From assembly GCA_963700285.1 (NCBI GenBank), contig CAVOXA010000015.1, forward strand, positions 105,342 to 169,341: 64,000 nt of DNA, given 5' to 3'. Every line of letters begins with the position of its first letter. Within the stretch, counting starts at the first letter, position 1. Below, in pieces: positions 1-10,603 of this stretch. Made by a program: the position numbers and the translations under genes. A model generated the notes under the pieces. It worked only from the letters and a program-made list of their open reading frames with translations, was not told the origin of the DNA and ran no database searches. This stretch comes from an uncultured Chloroflexia bacterium. GTDB lineage: Bacteria; Chloroflexota; Anaerolineae; JAAYZQ01.

Positions 1-1
1 G

Positions 2-475
2 GACGGCATCCAGGCGATCGAGCAAGTTCTGGCCGCGAACGCGGATACCCAGATCGTCGTTCTATCGATGTACTCTGACAAGGCGCTGGTACGGCAGGCG
101 CTGAAGAATGGTGCGAGCGGCTATTTGCTCAAGGCCTCAGTTGTAGAGGAACTCTTGCTGGCTGTGCGCGCGGCCAGCAAAGGAGAGATTTACCTGAGCC
201 CGGCTGTTTCGCGTTCCATCCTGGCCGATTTGATCGCAGCTCCCACCAGCACCGGAGTACCCGATCCTTTTGAGCAGTTGACGCCGCGGGAACGTGAGGT
301 ATTGCAGCTCATCGCCGAAGGTCATACAAACTCAGCGATTGCCCAGCAACTAAAAGTCAGCGCAAAAACGGTCGAGAAGCACCGGACAGGCCTGATGGCC
401 AAGCTCAATGTGCACAACCTGTCCGAACTGATACGCGCTGCAATCAAGCAGAGGCTCGTATTCTTTGACGAATGA
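2..475 (+). CDS. NarL/FixJ-family response regulator (end of receiver domain plus LuxR-type HTH), 5' end cut by window edge
   Basis: Frame 2 is open from nt 2 (DGIQAIEQVLAANADTQIVVLSMY...) and runs into listed ORF 68..475. The C-terminal LTPREREVLQLIAEGHTNSAIAQQLKVSAKTVEKHRTGLMAKL is the LuxR/GerE HTH signature. Confidence 0.85.
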   Translation, partial: DGIQAIEQVLAANADTQIVVLSMYSDKALVRQALKNGASGYLLKASVVEELLLAVRAASKGEIYLSPAVSRSILADLIAAPTSTGVPDPFEQLTPREREVLQLIAEGHTNSAIAQQLKVSAKTVEKHRTGLMAKLNVHNLSELIRAAIKQRLVFFDE

Positions 476-594
476 TCGGCCTGGGGCGCAAGGCTGCCGC
501 GACTCTGCTCCTGGGCTATTTCTCGTTCAGCTTCTACGCACGCCAATGGTCTCTGGGGAGGGAACTTGGCTTGAATTGTAGAATAGATGGCGTT

Positions 595-2352
595 CTAGAG
601 CCAATCGAGCAGCTCACCAGTACAATCGAGAATCAGATCGGCGCCAGCGCGTTCCAGCTCTTCCCTGGATCCAAAACCACATAGCACACCTACTGAGCGC
701 GCCCCCGCTGCCCGGGCGGCCTCAATGTCGACCGTCGAGTCACCCACTAGCAAGCAGCGCTCCACGGGTACAGCGAGCTGTTCAGCCGTGTGGCGGATAG
801 GACTGGGGTGTGGCTTGATGCGCCACGTATCATCCCGACCAGTGACAACCTGGATCAGACCGGTCAGCTCCTGCTGGGCCAGAAAGACCCGTACATCGTG
901 ATGCTTCCGAGTGGTGACGATAGCCAAATAGTAGCGCCGACTCAGTTCATGAAGCATCTCGCCAGCACCATCGATGGGACGGAAACGAAGCGGAGCATTA
1001 ACGCCACGCATTCGGCGCAGATGCTCCCCCATGCCTAATACATTATCATCCAAGCCGATGCGGTCCAGCAAGGCCAATGCTCGAGTGGTTGGCCCCTCCC
1101 AGACCATGAGGAGGTGCCGCGCCATCCGTTCAGGATCCTTTCCTGGCACCAGTCTGCTCACCGGCTTCAAACGGCGAGCCAGAGTCTCAACGGCCTGGTC
1201 GTCCGTCTCGACGAGCGTACCATCCAGGTCGAAAAGGATAGCGTCAATCTCACCCGGGTAGACATCCCCTTTCTCATCGATCTCGGGTGGGAATGGATCC
1301 TGGTCGACGAGCTTGGCATACACGTATGCTAGCAGCACGCGAGCCGTGCCGATAACCGGCGCGGCCAAAAAGATGCCCAACACTCCGGCTAGCATTCCAC
1401 CGATCAACACGCCGACAAAGACGACGACCGGGTGAAGCTGTAGCCTCCGCCCCATGATGCGCGGCACCAGGTAAGCGCTCTCCAACTGCTGGATGATGAG
1501 ATAGATACCCAATACCAGGACGGCAAACCAGAAATTACTCAAGGGAAGGTAGGTCGATCCACGGATAAGGGCAATGAGCAGTGCTGGGATGGTAGCAATG
1601 ATAGGACCGAAGGTGGGAATTACCTCCAACACACCCGCCAGTAGCCCCACGAGCCCAGCTTGGGGCAAGCCGACCAGGGTCATGGTGATCCATACTGCCA
1701 GGCCAACAACCAGGGCCAGCACCACCTGTCCCCGGAAGAACGCCTTCCACACCAGGTTGATTTCCTCACGGAGGCGGCGCAGTTCTTCGGCATATCCGGG
1801 AGGGGCCATTCGGTCCAAGTATGCCCGGAGGCGCCCTGCGTCTCGGATCAGATAGAAAGAGATCACAAAGATAGCCACCACCCAGACAACGCTGGAGGCA
1901 ACGCCAACAAGCAACGTGACCGTCTGTGTTGCAAAGGGCTGGAACAGATCTTGGAGCGTCCCACGTACGTCGCCTACAAGATCTTGAGGGTTGAAGGTGA
2001 AGGTTAGAACCGTGACAGGTTGGGATAGGAAACCTACCACGTCATCCGTCAGCTGCTGCACATCCAGATTCAATCGAGTTATCCAGCCCACGATATTGGG
2101 TACGACGATGACAGGGATCGCAGCGATGGCCAGTATCAGAGCGATGAACACGAGGATCACAGACAACGTTCGTGGCAGCTTGCCTCGACGCTCTACATAG
2201 TCGACCACGGGTTTGAGCAGGTAGGCCAGAACAACGGCAATGGCCACAGGGGGAATAATGGCCCGAAACAGATAGAAAGTGAGCAGCAGGACAATGATCA
2301 GGCCAATGACAACCAGACGTTTAGTTGTACGGCTCCATTCAGTCGAAACCAT
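595..2352 (-). CDS. AI-2E (PerM/UPF0118) family permease fused to a C-terminal HAD-superfamily phosphatase domain
   Basis: 585-aa ORF. The N-terminal ~350 aa are multi-TM with AI-2E-like motifs (LVPRIMGRRLQLHPVVVFVGVL). The C-terminal part has HAD motifs DAILFDLDGTLVETDD, IVTTR and LVGDSTVDIEAARAAGA. Confidence 0.8.
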   Translation of the reverse strand: MVSTEWSRTTKRLVVIGLIIVLLLTFYLFRAIIPPVAIAVVLAYLLKPVVDYVERRGKLPRTLSVILVFIALILAIAAIPVIVVPNIVGWITRLNLDVQQLTDDVVGFLSQPVTVLTFTFNPQDLVGDVRGTLQDLFQPFATQTVTLLVGVASSVVWVVAIFVISFYLIRDAGRLRAYLDRMAPPGYAEELRRLREEINLVWKAFFRGQVVLALVVGLAVWITMTLVGLPQAGLVGLLAGVLEVIPTFGPIIATIPALLIALIRGSTYLPLSNFWFAVLVLGIYLIIQQLESAYLVPRIMGRRLQLHPVVVFVGVLIGGMLAGVLGIFLAAPVIGTARVLLAYVYAKLVDQDPFPPEIDEKGDVYPGEIDAILFDLDGTLVETDDQAVETLARRLKPVSRLVPGKDPERMARHLLMVWEGPTTRALALLDRIGLDDNVLGMGEHLRRMRGVNAPLRFRPIDGAGEMLHELSRRYYLAIVTTRKHHDVRVFLAQQELTGLIQVVTGRDDTWRIKPHPSPIRHTAEQLAVPVERCLLVGDSTVDIEAARAAGARSVGVLCGFGSREELERAGADLILDCTGELLDWL

Positions 2353-2404
2353 GAACAGGTCCCCAGGATTAGGAAGCGAGTTCAGGTGATTCTGGTTCTA
2401 GCCT

Positions 2405-2986
2405 CTAGTAGACAACCCCAATGTTCTCTGGAGGCCAGTACGACACCCAGGCCCGTCCTACAAGGTTCTCAATAGGCACCGGCCCAAAACTCCTCGAATC
2501 GTTGGAGTGATTGCGGTTGTCGCCCAGGACATAAACGTGGAGCGGCGGCACAGTGACCTGGCCGTTTCGACCTGGCTGTGTCTCCTCATCCACAAAGGGC
2601 TCATCTAATAGCTGGCCGTTGATGAATACCTGTCCGTCGCGGATTTCAACCGTCTCGCCTGGCAGGCCGATCACCCGTTTGATCAGCAGTTCGTCGCCCT
2701 GGCTGGGCAGTTTGAGGACCACAATGTCATACCGTTGTGGGCCATGAAAGCGATAGCTCACTTTTTCGACGACTAGGCGTTGATCAGTGTGCAGGTTGGG
2801 CTCCATGCTCTGCCCTTCGACCCGCGTAGCTTGGCCGACAAAGACATTGATCAGCAGCGCAATGAGAATCGCTGGCAGGACAGTCTCCAATACCTCGCGA
2901 ATCAGGCGCAAAAGCCGCCGCCCTACGCCGGGACTGCGCGGTTGTGGATCCTCAACCTCTTCAAAGCCGTTCAGTTCGTCGCCCAT
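2405..2986 (-). CDS. lepB: signal peptidase I
   Basis: Within ORF 2405..3400. The conserved part starts at ATG 2986 (MGDELNG...). Boxes seen: GQSMEPNL (Ser), LIKRVIGLPGE (Lys) and GDNRNHSNDSR. The upstream part of the ORF overlaps the pnp 3' end and is not conserved. Confidence 0.85.
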   Translation of the reverse strand: MGDELNGFEEVEDPQPRSPGVGRRLLRLIREVLETVLPAILIALLINVFVGQATRVEGQSMEPNLHTDQRLVVEKVSYRFHGPQRYDIVVLKLPSQGDELLIKRVIGLPGETVEIRDGQVFINGQLLDEPFVDEETQPGRNGQVTVPPLHVYVLGDNRNHSNDSRSFGPVPIENLVGRAWVSYWPPENIGVVY

Positions 2987-3062
2987 GGGATTCTTTTCTC
3001 TTCCCAACCCAATCAAACTAAACGGGGTGCAGGGCTTTGTCGGGCCCCACACCCCAACGATG

Positions 3063-5276
3063 CTATCTGTGATCGCGGCGTGGAGGACGGCCGCCCTGTG
3101 GCCGGCTACCTCCGCGTCCCCTATCTCGGGAACCACCAGAAGAACCGCCCTTGCGATCCCGATCACGAGCCTCTTCGGCAGTCCAGCCTGCCAACACAGC
3201 CTGGCGTGAGAGCCGGATTTTGCCCGAGTCGGGCTCCACGTCAATGACCATGACCATGATCTCGTCGCCCACACGGACCACATCTTCGACGGAGGGCGCA
3301 CGGTAATCTGCCAGTTGAGAGATGTGACACATGCCATCAACGCCAGGCATGATCTCAACAAAGGCGCCGTAGCTTTCGGTGCGGACCACCTTGCCCACAT
3401 AAACCTTGCCGATCTCGGCCTCCTCGGTCAAGGCTTCAATCATGGCAATGGCCTTCTCAGCGGCAGGGCCCTCAACGGCAGCAATGTAGACGGTGCCATC
3501 GTCCTCAATGTTCACATCCACTCCACAGTCCTCCTGGATCTTGCGGATCATCTTGCCACCGGGGCCGATGATCTTGCCGATTTTATCCGGATCCACGTGG
3601 ATAGTGATGATACGTGGTGCGAACGGTGAGAGTTCCGGCCGGGGCTCGTCCAGGGCTTCCCTCATCCTGTCGAGAATGTGAAGCCTGCCGTCACGCGCCT
3701 GGGCTACGGCCTTGGCCAGGATCTCGTAGCTCAAGCCCTTGATCTTGATATCCATCTGCAGGGCTGTGATCCCCTCACGGGTACCCGCCACCTTAAAGTC
3801 CATGTCGCCCAGATTGTCTTCCATGCCCTGAATATCGCTCAGGACGGCGTACTGGTCATCTTGCAGGATCAGGCCCATGGCAATACCCGCCACAGGGTTC
3901 TTGATCGGTACGCCGGCATCCATGAGAGCCAGGGTACTGCCGCACACGGAAGCCATCGATGTGGAACCATTGGATGACAGCACTTCGGAAACCACACGCA
4001 GGGTATAAGGGAACTCTTCTTCCGGGGGCAGCATCGGGCGCAGCGCTGCTTCGGCCAGTGCCCCATGGCCGATCTCCCGCCGCTTGGGGCCACGCATTGG
4101 CCAGGTTTCCCCTGTGCTGAAGGGCGGAAAGTTGTAGTGATGCATGTAGCGCTTGACATCTTCGGGCCGCAACGTGTCCAGCCTTTGCTCCTCGCGAGGC
4201 GTACCCAGGGTCGCAATGCTGAGGACCTGCGTCTCACCTCGTGTGAAAAGACCCGACCCATGTGCCCGAGGCAAAAGGCTCACCTTGCTCCAGATGGACC
4301 GGATCTCATCGGTCACCCGTCCATCAGCCCGCTGGCCCTTGTCCAGGATCAGCTTCCGCGTTTCAGCCTTGAGCACGTCACGATAGACCTTCTTGACATC
4401 GCCCAGGTCAATGGTGTCATCCTCGGCAAAGGAGCCCAGAATCTCGTTTTCTAGGATGTCCTGCGCCTGACCCCGTTCCTGCTTGCTCATCGGCTGGGCA
4501 ACCAAGTCGGCCACACGATTGCCGATGCGATGCAGGATTCGCTCACGATCCCCCTCCTCTATGGTGATGACTGGGTAGTCAAGGCTCTTGGGTTTTCCAA
4601 CTTCTTCCCGCATCTGCTTCTGCAGAGCTATCACGGGCTGCATGGCCTCGTGCCCCACCTTGAGGGCCTGAAGGACGATCTCCTCGTGGATCTCGCTTGC
4701 GCCAGCCTCAACCATTAGGATGGCGTCCTCGGTACCGGCCATGCGCAGGTCTAGCGTGCTTTTTTCCATCTGCTCGGCCGTGGGGTTGATGACAAATTCG
4801 TCATCGACTAACCCAACGCGGGAAGCACCGATTGGGCCTTCAAAGGGGACGTCAGAGATGGTCAGCGCCGCCGAAGCACCAATGATGGCTGGGATATCCA
4901 AATAGTTCTCGGAATCGGATGACAGAGCAGTAGCAATGATCTGCACGTCATTGCGGTAGTCCTTGGGGAAGAGGGGTCGCAATGGGCGATCAATCAGCCT
5001 CATTGTTAGGATCCCCGATTCGCTCGGACGGCCCTCCCGCCGAAAAAAGCTGCCTGGGATTCGACCTGCAGCGTAGAGCCGCTCCTCAAAGTCCACTGTC
5101 AGTGGGAAAAAATCGGTACCTTCGCGGGGCTTTTTCGAAGCTGTCGCTGTAACGAGCACGACCGAGTCGCCCAACCGGACAGTCACGGCCCCGCCTGCCT
5201 GCATCGCCAGCAGACCGGTCTCGATGGTGAGGGGTTTGTCGCCGACCTGGACGACATACGTTTTGCCGTTATTCAC
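3063..5276 (-). CDS. pnp: polynucleotide phosphorylase (PNPase)
   Basis: Full-length similarity: two RNase PH domains, KH ([15 protein letters not shown]) and S1 ([15 protein letters not shown]). The GTG at 5276 lies 7 nt after a GGAGG (ctGGAGGtaaaaaaGTG), so it is preferred over ATG 5369. Confidence 0.95.
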   Translation of the reverse strand: MNNGKTYVVQVGDKPLTIETGLLAMQAGGAVTVRLGDSVVLVTATASKKPREGTDFFPLTVDFEERLYAAGRIPGSFFRREGRPSESGILTMRLIDRPLRPLFPKDYRNDVQIIATALSSDSENYLDIPAIIGASAALTISDVPFEGPIGASRVGLVDDEFVINPTAEQMEKSTLDLRMAGTEDAILMVEAGASEIHEEIVLQALKVGHEAMQPVIALQKQMREEVGKPKSLDYPVITIEEGDRERILHRIGNRVADLVAQPMSKQERGQAQDILENEILGSFAEDDTIDLGDVKKVYRDVLKAETRKLILDKGQRADGRVTDEIRSIWSKVSLLPRAHGSGLFTRGETQVLSIATLGTPREEQRLDTLRPEDVKRYMHHYNFPPFSTGETWPMRGPKRREIGHGALAEAALRPMLPPEEEFPYTLRVVSEVLSSNGSTSMASVCGSTLALMDAGVPIKNPVAGIAMGLILQDDQYAVLSDIQGMEDNLGDMDFKVAGTREGITALQMDIKIKGLSYEILAKAVAQARDGRLHILDRMREALDEPRPELSPFAPRIITIHVDPDKIGKIIGPGGKMIRKIQEDCGVDVNIEDDGTVYIAAVEGPAAEKAIAMIEALTEEAEIGKVYVGKVVRTESYGAFVEIMPGVDGMCHISQLADYRAPSVEDVVRVGDEIMVMVIDVEPDSGKIRLSRQAVLAGWTAEEARDRDRKGGSSGGSRDRGRGGSRPQGGRPPRRDHR

Positions 5277-5494
5277 TTTTTTACCTCCAGATTTTACGGT
5301 GAGGAGGCAGGGTCCAGGGACTGGGGAGTAGGTCCCGGCCATCTCAATGAGCCAAGGCGCACTCCCCAATTCCTGACACCTGCCTTTCCCGTATTGGATC
5401 TTCTTTCGTCAGATATGACAAGACCTACGGCGCCGGCAGCCACCTACGATGCTGGGCCATAGGCCATCAGAGTCCATCTTTGAGCTCAGGATTG

Positions 5495-5764
5495 CTACCT
5501 GCGCAGCCCCAATCGTTCGACAATTTTGCGATAGCGCTCTGAGTCTGTCTGCTTCAAATATACCAAGTGTCTGCGCCGCTGTCCTACCAGCTTGTACAAG
5601 CCCCGTCGCGAATGCTCGTCGTGCTTGTGCACTTTCAAGTGCTCGGTCAACTGGCTAATCCGCGTTGTCAACAAGGCAATCTGCACTTCCGGCGACCCAG
5701 TATCGCTTGGGTGCACATTATACTGCTGGATGATCTCTGTCTTTTCTGCTTTTGTCAAAGACAC
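5495..5764 (-). CDS. rpsO: 30S ribosomal protein S15
   Basis: 89 aa, [15 protein letters not shown]...[15 protein letters not shown]..., and the classical rpsO-pnp gene order. Confidence 0.95.
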   Translation of the reverse strand: MSLTKAEKTEIIQQYNVHPSDTGSPEVQIALLTTRISQLTEHLKVHKHDEHSRRGLYKLVGQRRRHLVYLKQTDSERYRKIVERLGLRR

Positions 5765-5846
5765 CGCCTGTTCCTTTCTCGGTACCCGAACTCAGGCTAG
5801 CATAGATGAGCGCGGGGCTCTTCCCCGCGCTTTCCAACCAACGACC

Positions 5847-5875
5847 ATTATATCACAGTATAGGCTGTGATGCAA
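5847..5875 (-). promoter_or_regulatory. sigma70-type promoter for rpsO (TTGCAT-17-TATAAT)
   Basis: Minus strand reads TTGCAT (5875..5870), a 17-nt spacer, then TATAAT (5852..5847). A GC hairpin AGCGCGGGG..CCCCGCGCT at 5808..5830 sits in the predicted 5' UTR. Confidence 0.5.
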
Positions 5876-6022
5876 ATATGCTCAGGGTAATCGCAGAAAA
5901 GACATTTCGAGAATTATGTACAGTAAAGCTGGGCAGCACCCTCTGCGGAGAATCACCTGCACATCGGACATGGTCCGGCCAATTCATGCCAGCCACAAAC
6001 TTGTAGAGCCACGCTGTCGAGA

Positions 6023-6472
6023 TCAGAGCCACTTACTCATCAAGTAAAAACGATCCCTATCGTCAAAGCCATTGGACCTGTAGAATCGCTGAGCACCATG
6101 ATTCCCGCGTTCCACTTCGAGATGGAGCGCTCCAATGCCCATCGATCTGGCTTCCAGTTCTACCAGCCCAAGGGTTCTTGCACCAATGCCGCGCCCCCTG
6201 TAACCAGCCTGAATGTAAAACTCGTCTATGAAAGCGTCTCGTCCTCCGAACTCGAGGCTGTAGCCGAATGTCAACACAATGTAGCCTATGGCCAGATTGT
6301 TCCGGCCGATCAGCCAAATGTACCCGAGAGCCTGGTCATTTAGGAGATCCCTCAGGGCAGCAGAAGCGCTAGACTGGTCAAACATGAGTCCATCGTGGGC
6401 ATAGTATTCCTGCATCAGGGCTAGCAGATCAGGTAGGTCATCAACTCCCGCTGGCATGATCCTAACCTGCAC
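6023..6472 (-). CDS. GNAT-family N-acetyltransferase
   Basis: Acetyl-CoA motif QAGYRGRGIGARTL plus RFYRSNGF. GTG 6472 lies 7 nt after GGAGG. The longer ORF start (6553) would overlap the thrC-like gene. Confidence 0.75.
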   Translation of the reverse strand: MQVRIMPAGVDDLPDLLALMQEYYAHDGLMFDQSSASAALRDLLNDQALGYIWLIGRNNLAIGYIVLTFGYSLEFGGRDAFIDEFYIQAGYRGRGIGARTLGLVELEARSMGIGALHLEVERGNHGAQRFYRSNGFDDRDRFYLMSKWL

Positions 6473-6540
6473 CTCGACACCTCCTTGGGTAAGCTGAGCG
6501 GCGAGCAGGCAATACCTCGAATTGCAGCCAAAGCTCCCGG

Positions 6541-7710
6541 CTACTGAGCCCACAGATGCGCGTACTTGAGCCCGCTCCCGGTGTTGAACAGTGCCACTCG
6601 CTCATCATCGTTGATCCAGCCTTGCTGGCGCAAGTGCTGGAAGGCGACGAGTGTGGCAGCGCCTTCAGGGCAGACAAAGATGCCCTGCGTGCGGCCGATG
6701 AGTTTGGCGGCTTCCAGCATCTCCTGGTCGGACACGGCGATAGCCGCGCCGTCGCTCTCGCGCAGGGTACGGAGAATGAGAAAGTCGGCGACAGCTGCTG
6801 GCACACGCAGGCCGTCGGCAACGGTATGCGCGTTTTGCCAAGGGGCGGCGAATTCCTGGCCTTCCTGGAAAGCGCGGACGATGGGTGCGCAGCCCTCTGA
6901 CTGGACGGTGACCATCCGCGGTCGATGGGAGCCGATCCAGCGCAGTTTCTCCATCTCATCAAAGGCTTTCCACATACCGATCAGCCCCGTCCCACCACCC
7001 GTGGGATAGATGATGACGTCGGGCAGTGCCCAGCTCATCTGCTCGGCCAATTCGTAGCCCATGGTCTTTTTGCCTTCCAGGCGGTAGGGTTCCTTCAGGG
7101 TGGAGATATCAAAGCGGTCGAAGCAGCGCACGCCTTCAGCAGCGGCTCGGCCACAATCGGTGATCAGCCCGTCGACCAGGGTCACCTCGGCGCCCAGGAC
7201 GCGGCACTCGGCCACGAACAGGGGGGGCACGTCCTGGGGCATGAACACGTGAGCCTCCATGCCAGCCAGGGCAGCATAGGCGCTCAATGCTCCGGCGGCG
7301 TTACCCGCCGACGGGATCGAAATTGCCTTGACCCCCAATTCGTGGGCACGGGAGACGGCTACTCCCAGGCCCCGTGCTTTGAACGAAGCAGTGGGGTTCA
7401 GGCCCTCGTCCTTGATGTATAATTTCTCAAAGCCGATGGCTTTGCCCAGCTTCGTTGCGTGGATCAATGGTGTCCAGCCCTCACCAAGGCACAAGGTGTA
7501 GCGTGGATCGCGTACAGGGAGCAGTTCACGATAGCGCCACAGTGTTGTCTCGCGCTCGGCAATCTCCTCGCGACTGAGACGTTGGCGCGCGGTTTCAAGA
7601 TCGTAGCGGGCCAGCAGTGGCTTGTCGCACTTTGGGCAGAGATTCCAAAGCCGGTCAGCCTCAAATTCCCTTCCACAAAGGGCACATTCCAGGTAGGACA
7701 GATAGCTCAT
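6541..7710 (-). CDS. thrC: threonine synthase-like PLP enzyme (ThrC family) with N-terminal zinc ribbon
   Basis: 389 aa. CALCG...CPKC ribbon, PLP-lysine motif NPTASFKARG, and the Gly-rich loop PTGGGTGLIG. Confidence 0.75.
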   Translation of the reverse strand: MSYLSYLECALCGREFEADRLWNLCPKCDKPLLARYDLETARQRLSREEIAERETTLWRYRELLPVRDPRYTLCLGEGWTPLIHATKLGKAIGFEKLYIKDEGLNPTASFKARGLGVAVSRAHELGVKAISIPSAGNAAGALSAYAALAGMEAHVFMPQDVPPLFVAECRVLGAEVTLVDGLITDCGRAAAEGVRCFDRFDISTLKEPYRLEGKKTMGYELAEQMSWALPDVIIYPTGGGTGLIGMWKAFDEMEKLRWIGSHRPRMVTVQSEGCAPIVRAFQEGQEFAAPWQNAHTVADGLRVPAAVADFLILRTLRESDGAAIAVSDQEMLEAAKLIGRTQGIFVCPEGAATLVAFQHLRQQGWINDDERVALFNTGSGLKYAHLWAQ

Positions 7711-7826
7711 CTATTGTTTCCTTTTTGACATCTTTTGTCATGAGAAAGGCTTAATGCGGCAGATCTGGATCATCGAGAGAACAGCAGATTGTGACGGGCT
7801 GAGCGAAATCCAGTCTGCATCAGCGA

Positions 7827-9005
7827 TTAGAACGTCACCAAACTTCCCATCAGGGTGATGGTGATGGCGCTCACGACACCAACGATCAGCGCTGCAGCCA
7901 GTCCGACAAAGAAAGGTTTGATACCCAGCCCCTTGAACGATCGAAAATTAGTGCTCAGCCCCACAGCGGCCAGGGCAACCACCAGCAGATAGCCAGCCCA
8001 GGTGTTGAGGGTTGTATAGATGGCCTGCCACGTCTCGGCATCCCACAATCCAAAAGCTTCACCGCCAGCCTTGATCGTGGCATCGCCAATGGACCGGAGC
8101 ATAGCCATGGCCAGGAAGCCCAGGACAAAGAGCGGTAGCAACTTCAGGGGATTGGTCCGCTTTCCAGCGAAATCGTCCTGATCCTGTACCTTACGGGCAT
8201 AGTAGTAGGCCATGAAAGGGATCACAGCCGCCATGAATACGTTGCGTACCAGCTTGGTGACGGTAGCCACGTCGAGGCTCAATGGCGCGGAAAAGACGTC
8301 CGCATATACTTTGGCTGCTCCGACCACCTGGGATGTGTCGTGGATCGAAGTACCCAGGAAGAGGCCTACCTTGATCGCATTTCCGGCAAAGATTACATTG
8401 GCAAGGTAAGGGTAGACGATGGTTGCCAACAAGCCGAATATGGTAATGACCGCCACGGCATAGGCTACTTCTTCCTCTTCGGCATCGATAGCTGGACCAG
8501 TGGCAACAATGGCCGACACTCCGCAGATAGAAGTGCCTACAGCGATCAGGGCGCCCAACCGCTCGGGCAGGTTCAACCACTTGTTGATGCGCGTGGTGAA
8601 AAACAGCGCACCAATGATGCAGGTAACGACGATCGGGATACCATACACCCCCAGCCGGAACACATCAAAGATGGTCAGCCGGATGCCCAGGAGGATGATG
8701 CCCAAACGCAGGATCTTTTTAACAGAGAAAGAGAGTCCGGGCTTGAGCACCTTGGGCATGGGAATGAGCGCGCTAACAATGAGGCCCAGGAGAATGGCCA
8801 GCATCACCGACGAAACCGGGGTCTTGTCGAAACCCATCAAGGTGATGCCGATGAATTTGCTCAGCCAGACACTGAACCAGGCCAATACGATGGCCACGAT
8901 AAGGCCGGGCAGCAAGGATGGCACCTTGTTAACCGTCACCCCCAACAGATTCTTTTCCAAGGCGCTAATCTTGCGCTTGAGGGTTGCCTCCTCTGTGCTA
9001 GTCAT
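7827..9005 (-). CDS. YeiH/UPF0324-family integral membrane protein
   Basis: 392 aa, about 10 TM segments. Family motifs KKILRLGIILLGIRL, GTSICGVSAIVATGPAI and IHDTSQVVGAAK. GGAGG lies 9 nt upstream of the ATG. Confidence 0.7.
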   Translation of the reverse strand: MTSTEEATLKRKISALEKNLLGVTVNKVPSLLPGLIVAIVLAWFSVWLSKFIGITLMGFDKTPVSSVMLAILLGLIVSALIPMPKVLKPGLSFSVKKILRLGIILLGIRLTIFDVFRLGVYGIPIVVTCIIGALFFTTRINKWLNLPERLGALIAVGTSICGVSAIVATGPAIDAEEEEVAYAVAVITIFGLLATIVYPYLANVIFAGNAIKVGLFLGTSIHDTSQVVGAAKVYADVFSAPLSLDVATVTKLVRNVFMAAVIPFMAYYYARKVQDQDDFAGKRTNPLKLLPLFVLGFLAMAMLRSIGDATIKAGGEAFGLWDAETWQAIYTTLNTWAGYLLVVALAAVGLSTNFRSFKGLGIKPFFVGLAAALIVGVVSAITITLMGSLVTF

Positions 9006-9582
9006 GTCCCGATTCCTCCAGTGTGACAGTCTCTTTGCTAAAAAATGCTACAGCAAGTTCATGATTACGACCATAACACCTTAAAAAAGCAAGGCAATCA
9101 TCTGTGACTTGGCAGGTACCAGGCTCTTTCCAAGGCACAACCCGTGGCCTATCAGCGCCGCTCCGGATCCCGTCGGTTATCCTCAGAGGCAACATACGCG
9201 GGGCACCAGGACCAGCCCATAATCTCAGGTACCACCCCACAACACCTCTTGCTCTCATAGACATCCTTCATCTTTGGCCTTGGTGGCTTGGGCACATCCA
9301 ACCCGTGCTCCATTATCTGGGGACAGGTTGGAAGATATTACCACAACAGCATTCTGGTGTCTACCTTACAGAGGCGTGAAGCACCTCCTACTGTTGAGTC
9401 TGGCGATAGCACCGATGTCCTGTTGCGGGCATCTCAGGGCTTCGTCCAGAGGAAACTGGTTGTCAATCTGATTTTGTGTTGCCCCAAAACATGGTATAAT
9501 CCGAAAAGTCGTCATGTTCACAGGAATTTGCTGCAGGGATATGCTGGGCCCAATACCAGCGTCAGGGAGAGGGAAAATCCCG

Positions 9583-10551
9583 ATGTGCTACCAAGAATGT
9601 GCCCTTTACGGTGAATTGGTTCTCTGGCTGCGTGACAAGGCCGCAGAACTGCTGGCCAATGGCGACGGAAAGATCGAGGTAGAGCAGGGGCAGTTGGATG
9701 CTCTCATCCGCGGCTGGTTCTTCACGCCTCGGGATGACCTCCACGGCTGCGCGCCGCGCGACCTGATCTGGGCCGAGCAATTGGGCCAACCCAATCCCGT
9801 CCATCCCGAACACACGGATGAATTCTTTCCAGACGACTGCCCGATCTGTGAGTACGAACGGGCGCATCTAAAAGCGGCCCTGGAATCGGGAGAAGAACAT
9901 GGCTTCCACTGGCATTATGACGATGGGGGCTACCCACTCATTGCCCACTACGATCCTGAAGGCTGGGACGAGCGCTGGGCTGCCGACGTCGCCTTGTCTG
10001 AAGCTATGCACCAGAACGAACTGGAGAACCAGAGTCCACTGGCTGCACCTTCCTATGAACCCCCGCCCACCGATCCCAAAGAAATGGATCCCCAGGCATT
10101 TCTTGAGGCTCTGCGCCAGCCATGGGTCGATCCCGCCCTGCACCGTGCGGCCGAAAAACTTACCGAGTACTGCGACGTCCCCGTTCCCGATCCTGTGACC
10201 GGCTTGCGCTACCGGCGCGTGACCCGGAGCGAAGCGCTTTCCCTGCTGGCCGGCCTCGATGGGCAGGGCGTGGACATCAATGCCCTGCTGACGCAAATAG
10301 ACGCCTGGCCCTATCAGAACATCGCCCTGGACTGGCTTAGCGATCCCCTACAGAATGTGGCTATGTTCTGCCTGGTCCTGGAGCAGGATGCGGCTTCTGG
10401 AGACCAAGATGGCCAAACACGCGTTCGCCAGCACCGAGATTTTGTCTTTGCTCTGGGCAGAGTAGTCCCTCCGAGTGCCCGCATCTGGCTGCGGGGCTGG
10501 CTTGAAGCCGTAGGCATTGGAGCTTTTGCCCCGACCGACCTACCGTTCTGA
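9583..10551 (+). CDS. hypothetical acidic protein (CxxxC / CPIC cysteine pairs), first gene of a three-gene operon
   Basis: ORF 9514..10551. ATG 9583 follows GGGAGAGGG. No family recognised by eye. Confidence 0.5.
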   Translation: MCYQECALYGELVLWLRDKAAELLANGDGKIEVEQGQLDALIRGWFFTPRDDLHGCAPRDLIWAEQLGQPNPVHPEHTDEFFPDDCPICEYERAHLKAALESGEEHGFHWHYDDGGYPLIAHYDPEGWDERWAADVALSEAMHQNELENQSPLAAPSYEPPPTDPKEMDPQAFLEALRQPWVDPALHRAAEKLTEYCDVPVPDPVTGLRYRRVTRSEALSLLAGLDGQGVDINALLTQIDAWPYQNIALDWLSDPLQNVAMFCLVLEQDAASGDQDGQTRVRQHRDFVFALGRVVPPSARIWLRGWLEAVGIGAFAPTDLPF

Positions 10552-10603
10552 ACAAGCCTGCAACGGCAGGATTCTCCGAGCAGGCAGCGCAGAGGAGTCT
10601 GGA

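Noticed and set aside
2987-3400. Upstream extension of the lepB ORF (listed as 2405..3400, 331 aa)
   Set aside because: The extra 138 aa overlap the pnp 3' end on the same strand in another frame and show no signal-peptidase similarity. The conserved protein starts at ATG 2986.
9006-9582. Possible ncRNA (SRP, 6S, RNase P, tmRNA) or tRNA in the long intergenic regions (also 5765-6022, 36390-36760, 37433-38098)
   Set aside because: None of the hallmark strings were seen on either strand. These include GGAAGCAGC for SRP, GAGGAAAGTCC for RNase P, the tRNA T-loop GGTTCGAATCC-type, and the tmRNA 5' GGGG..TTCGAC. No CRISPR-like direct repeats were seen anywhere in the window.
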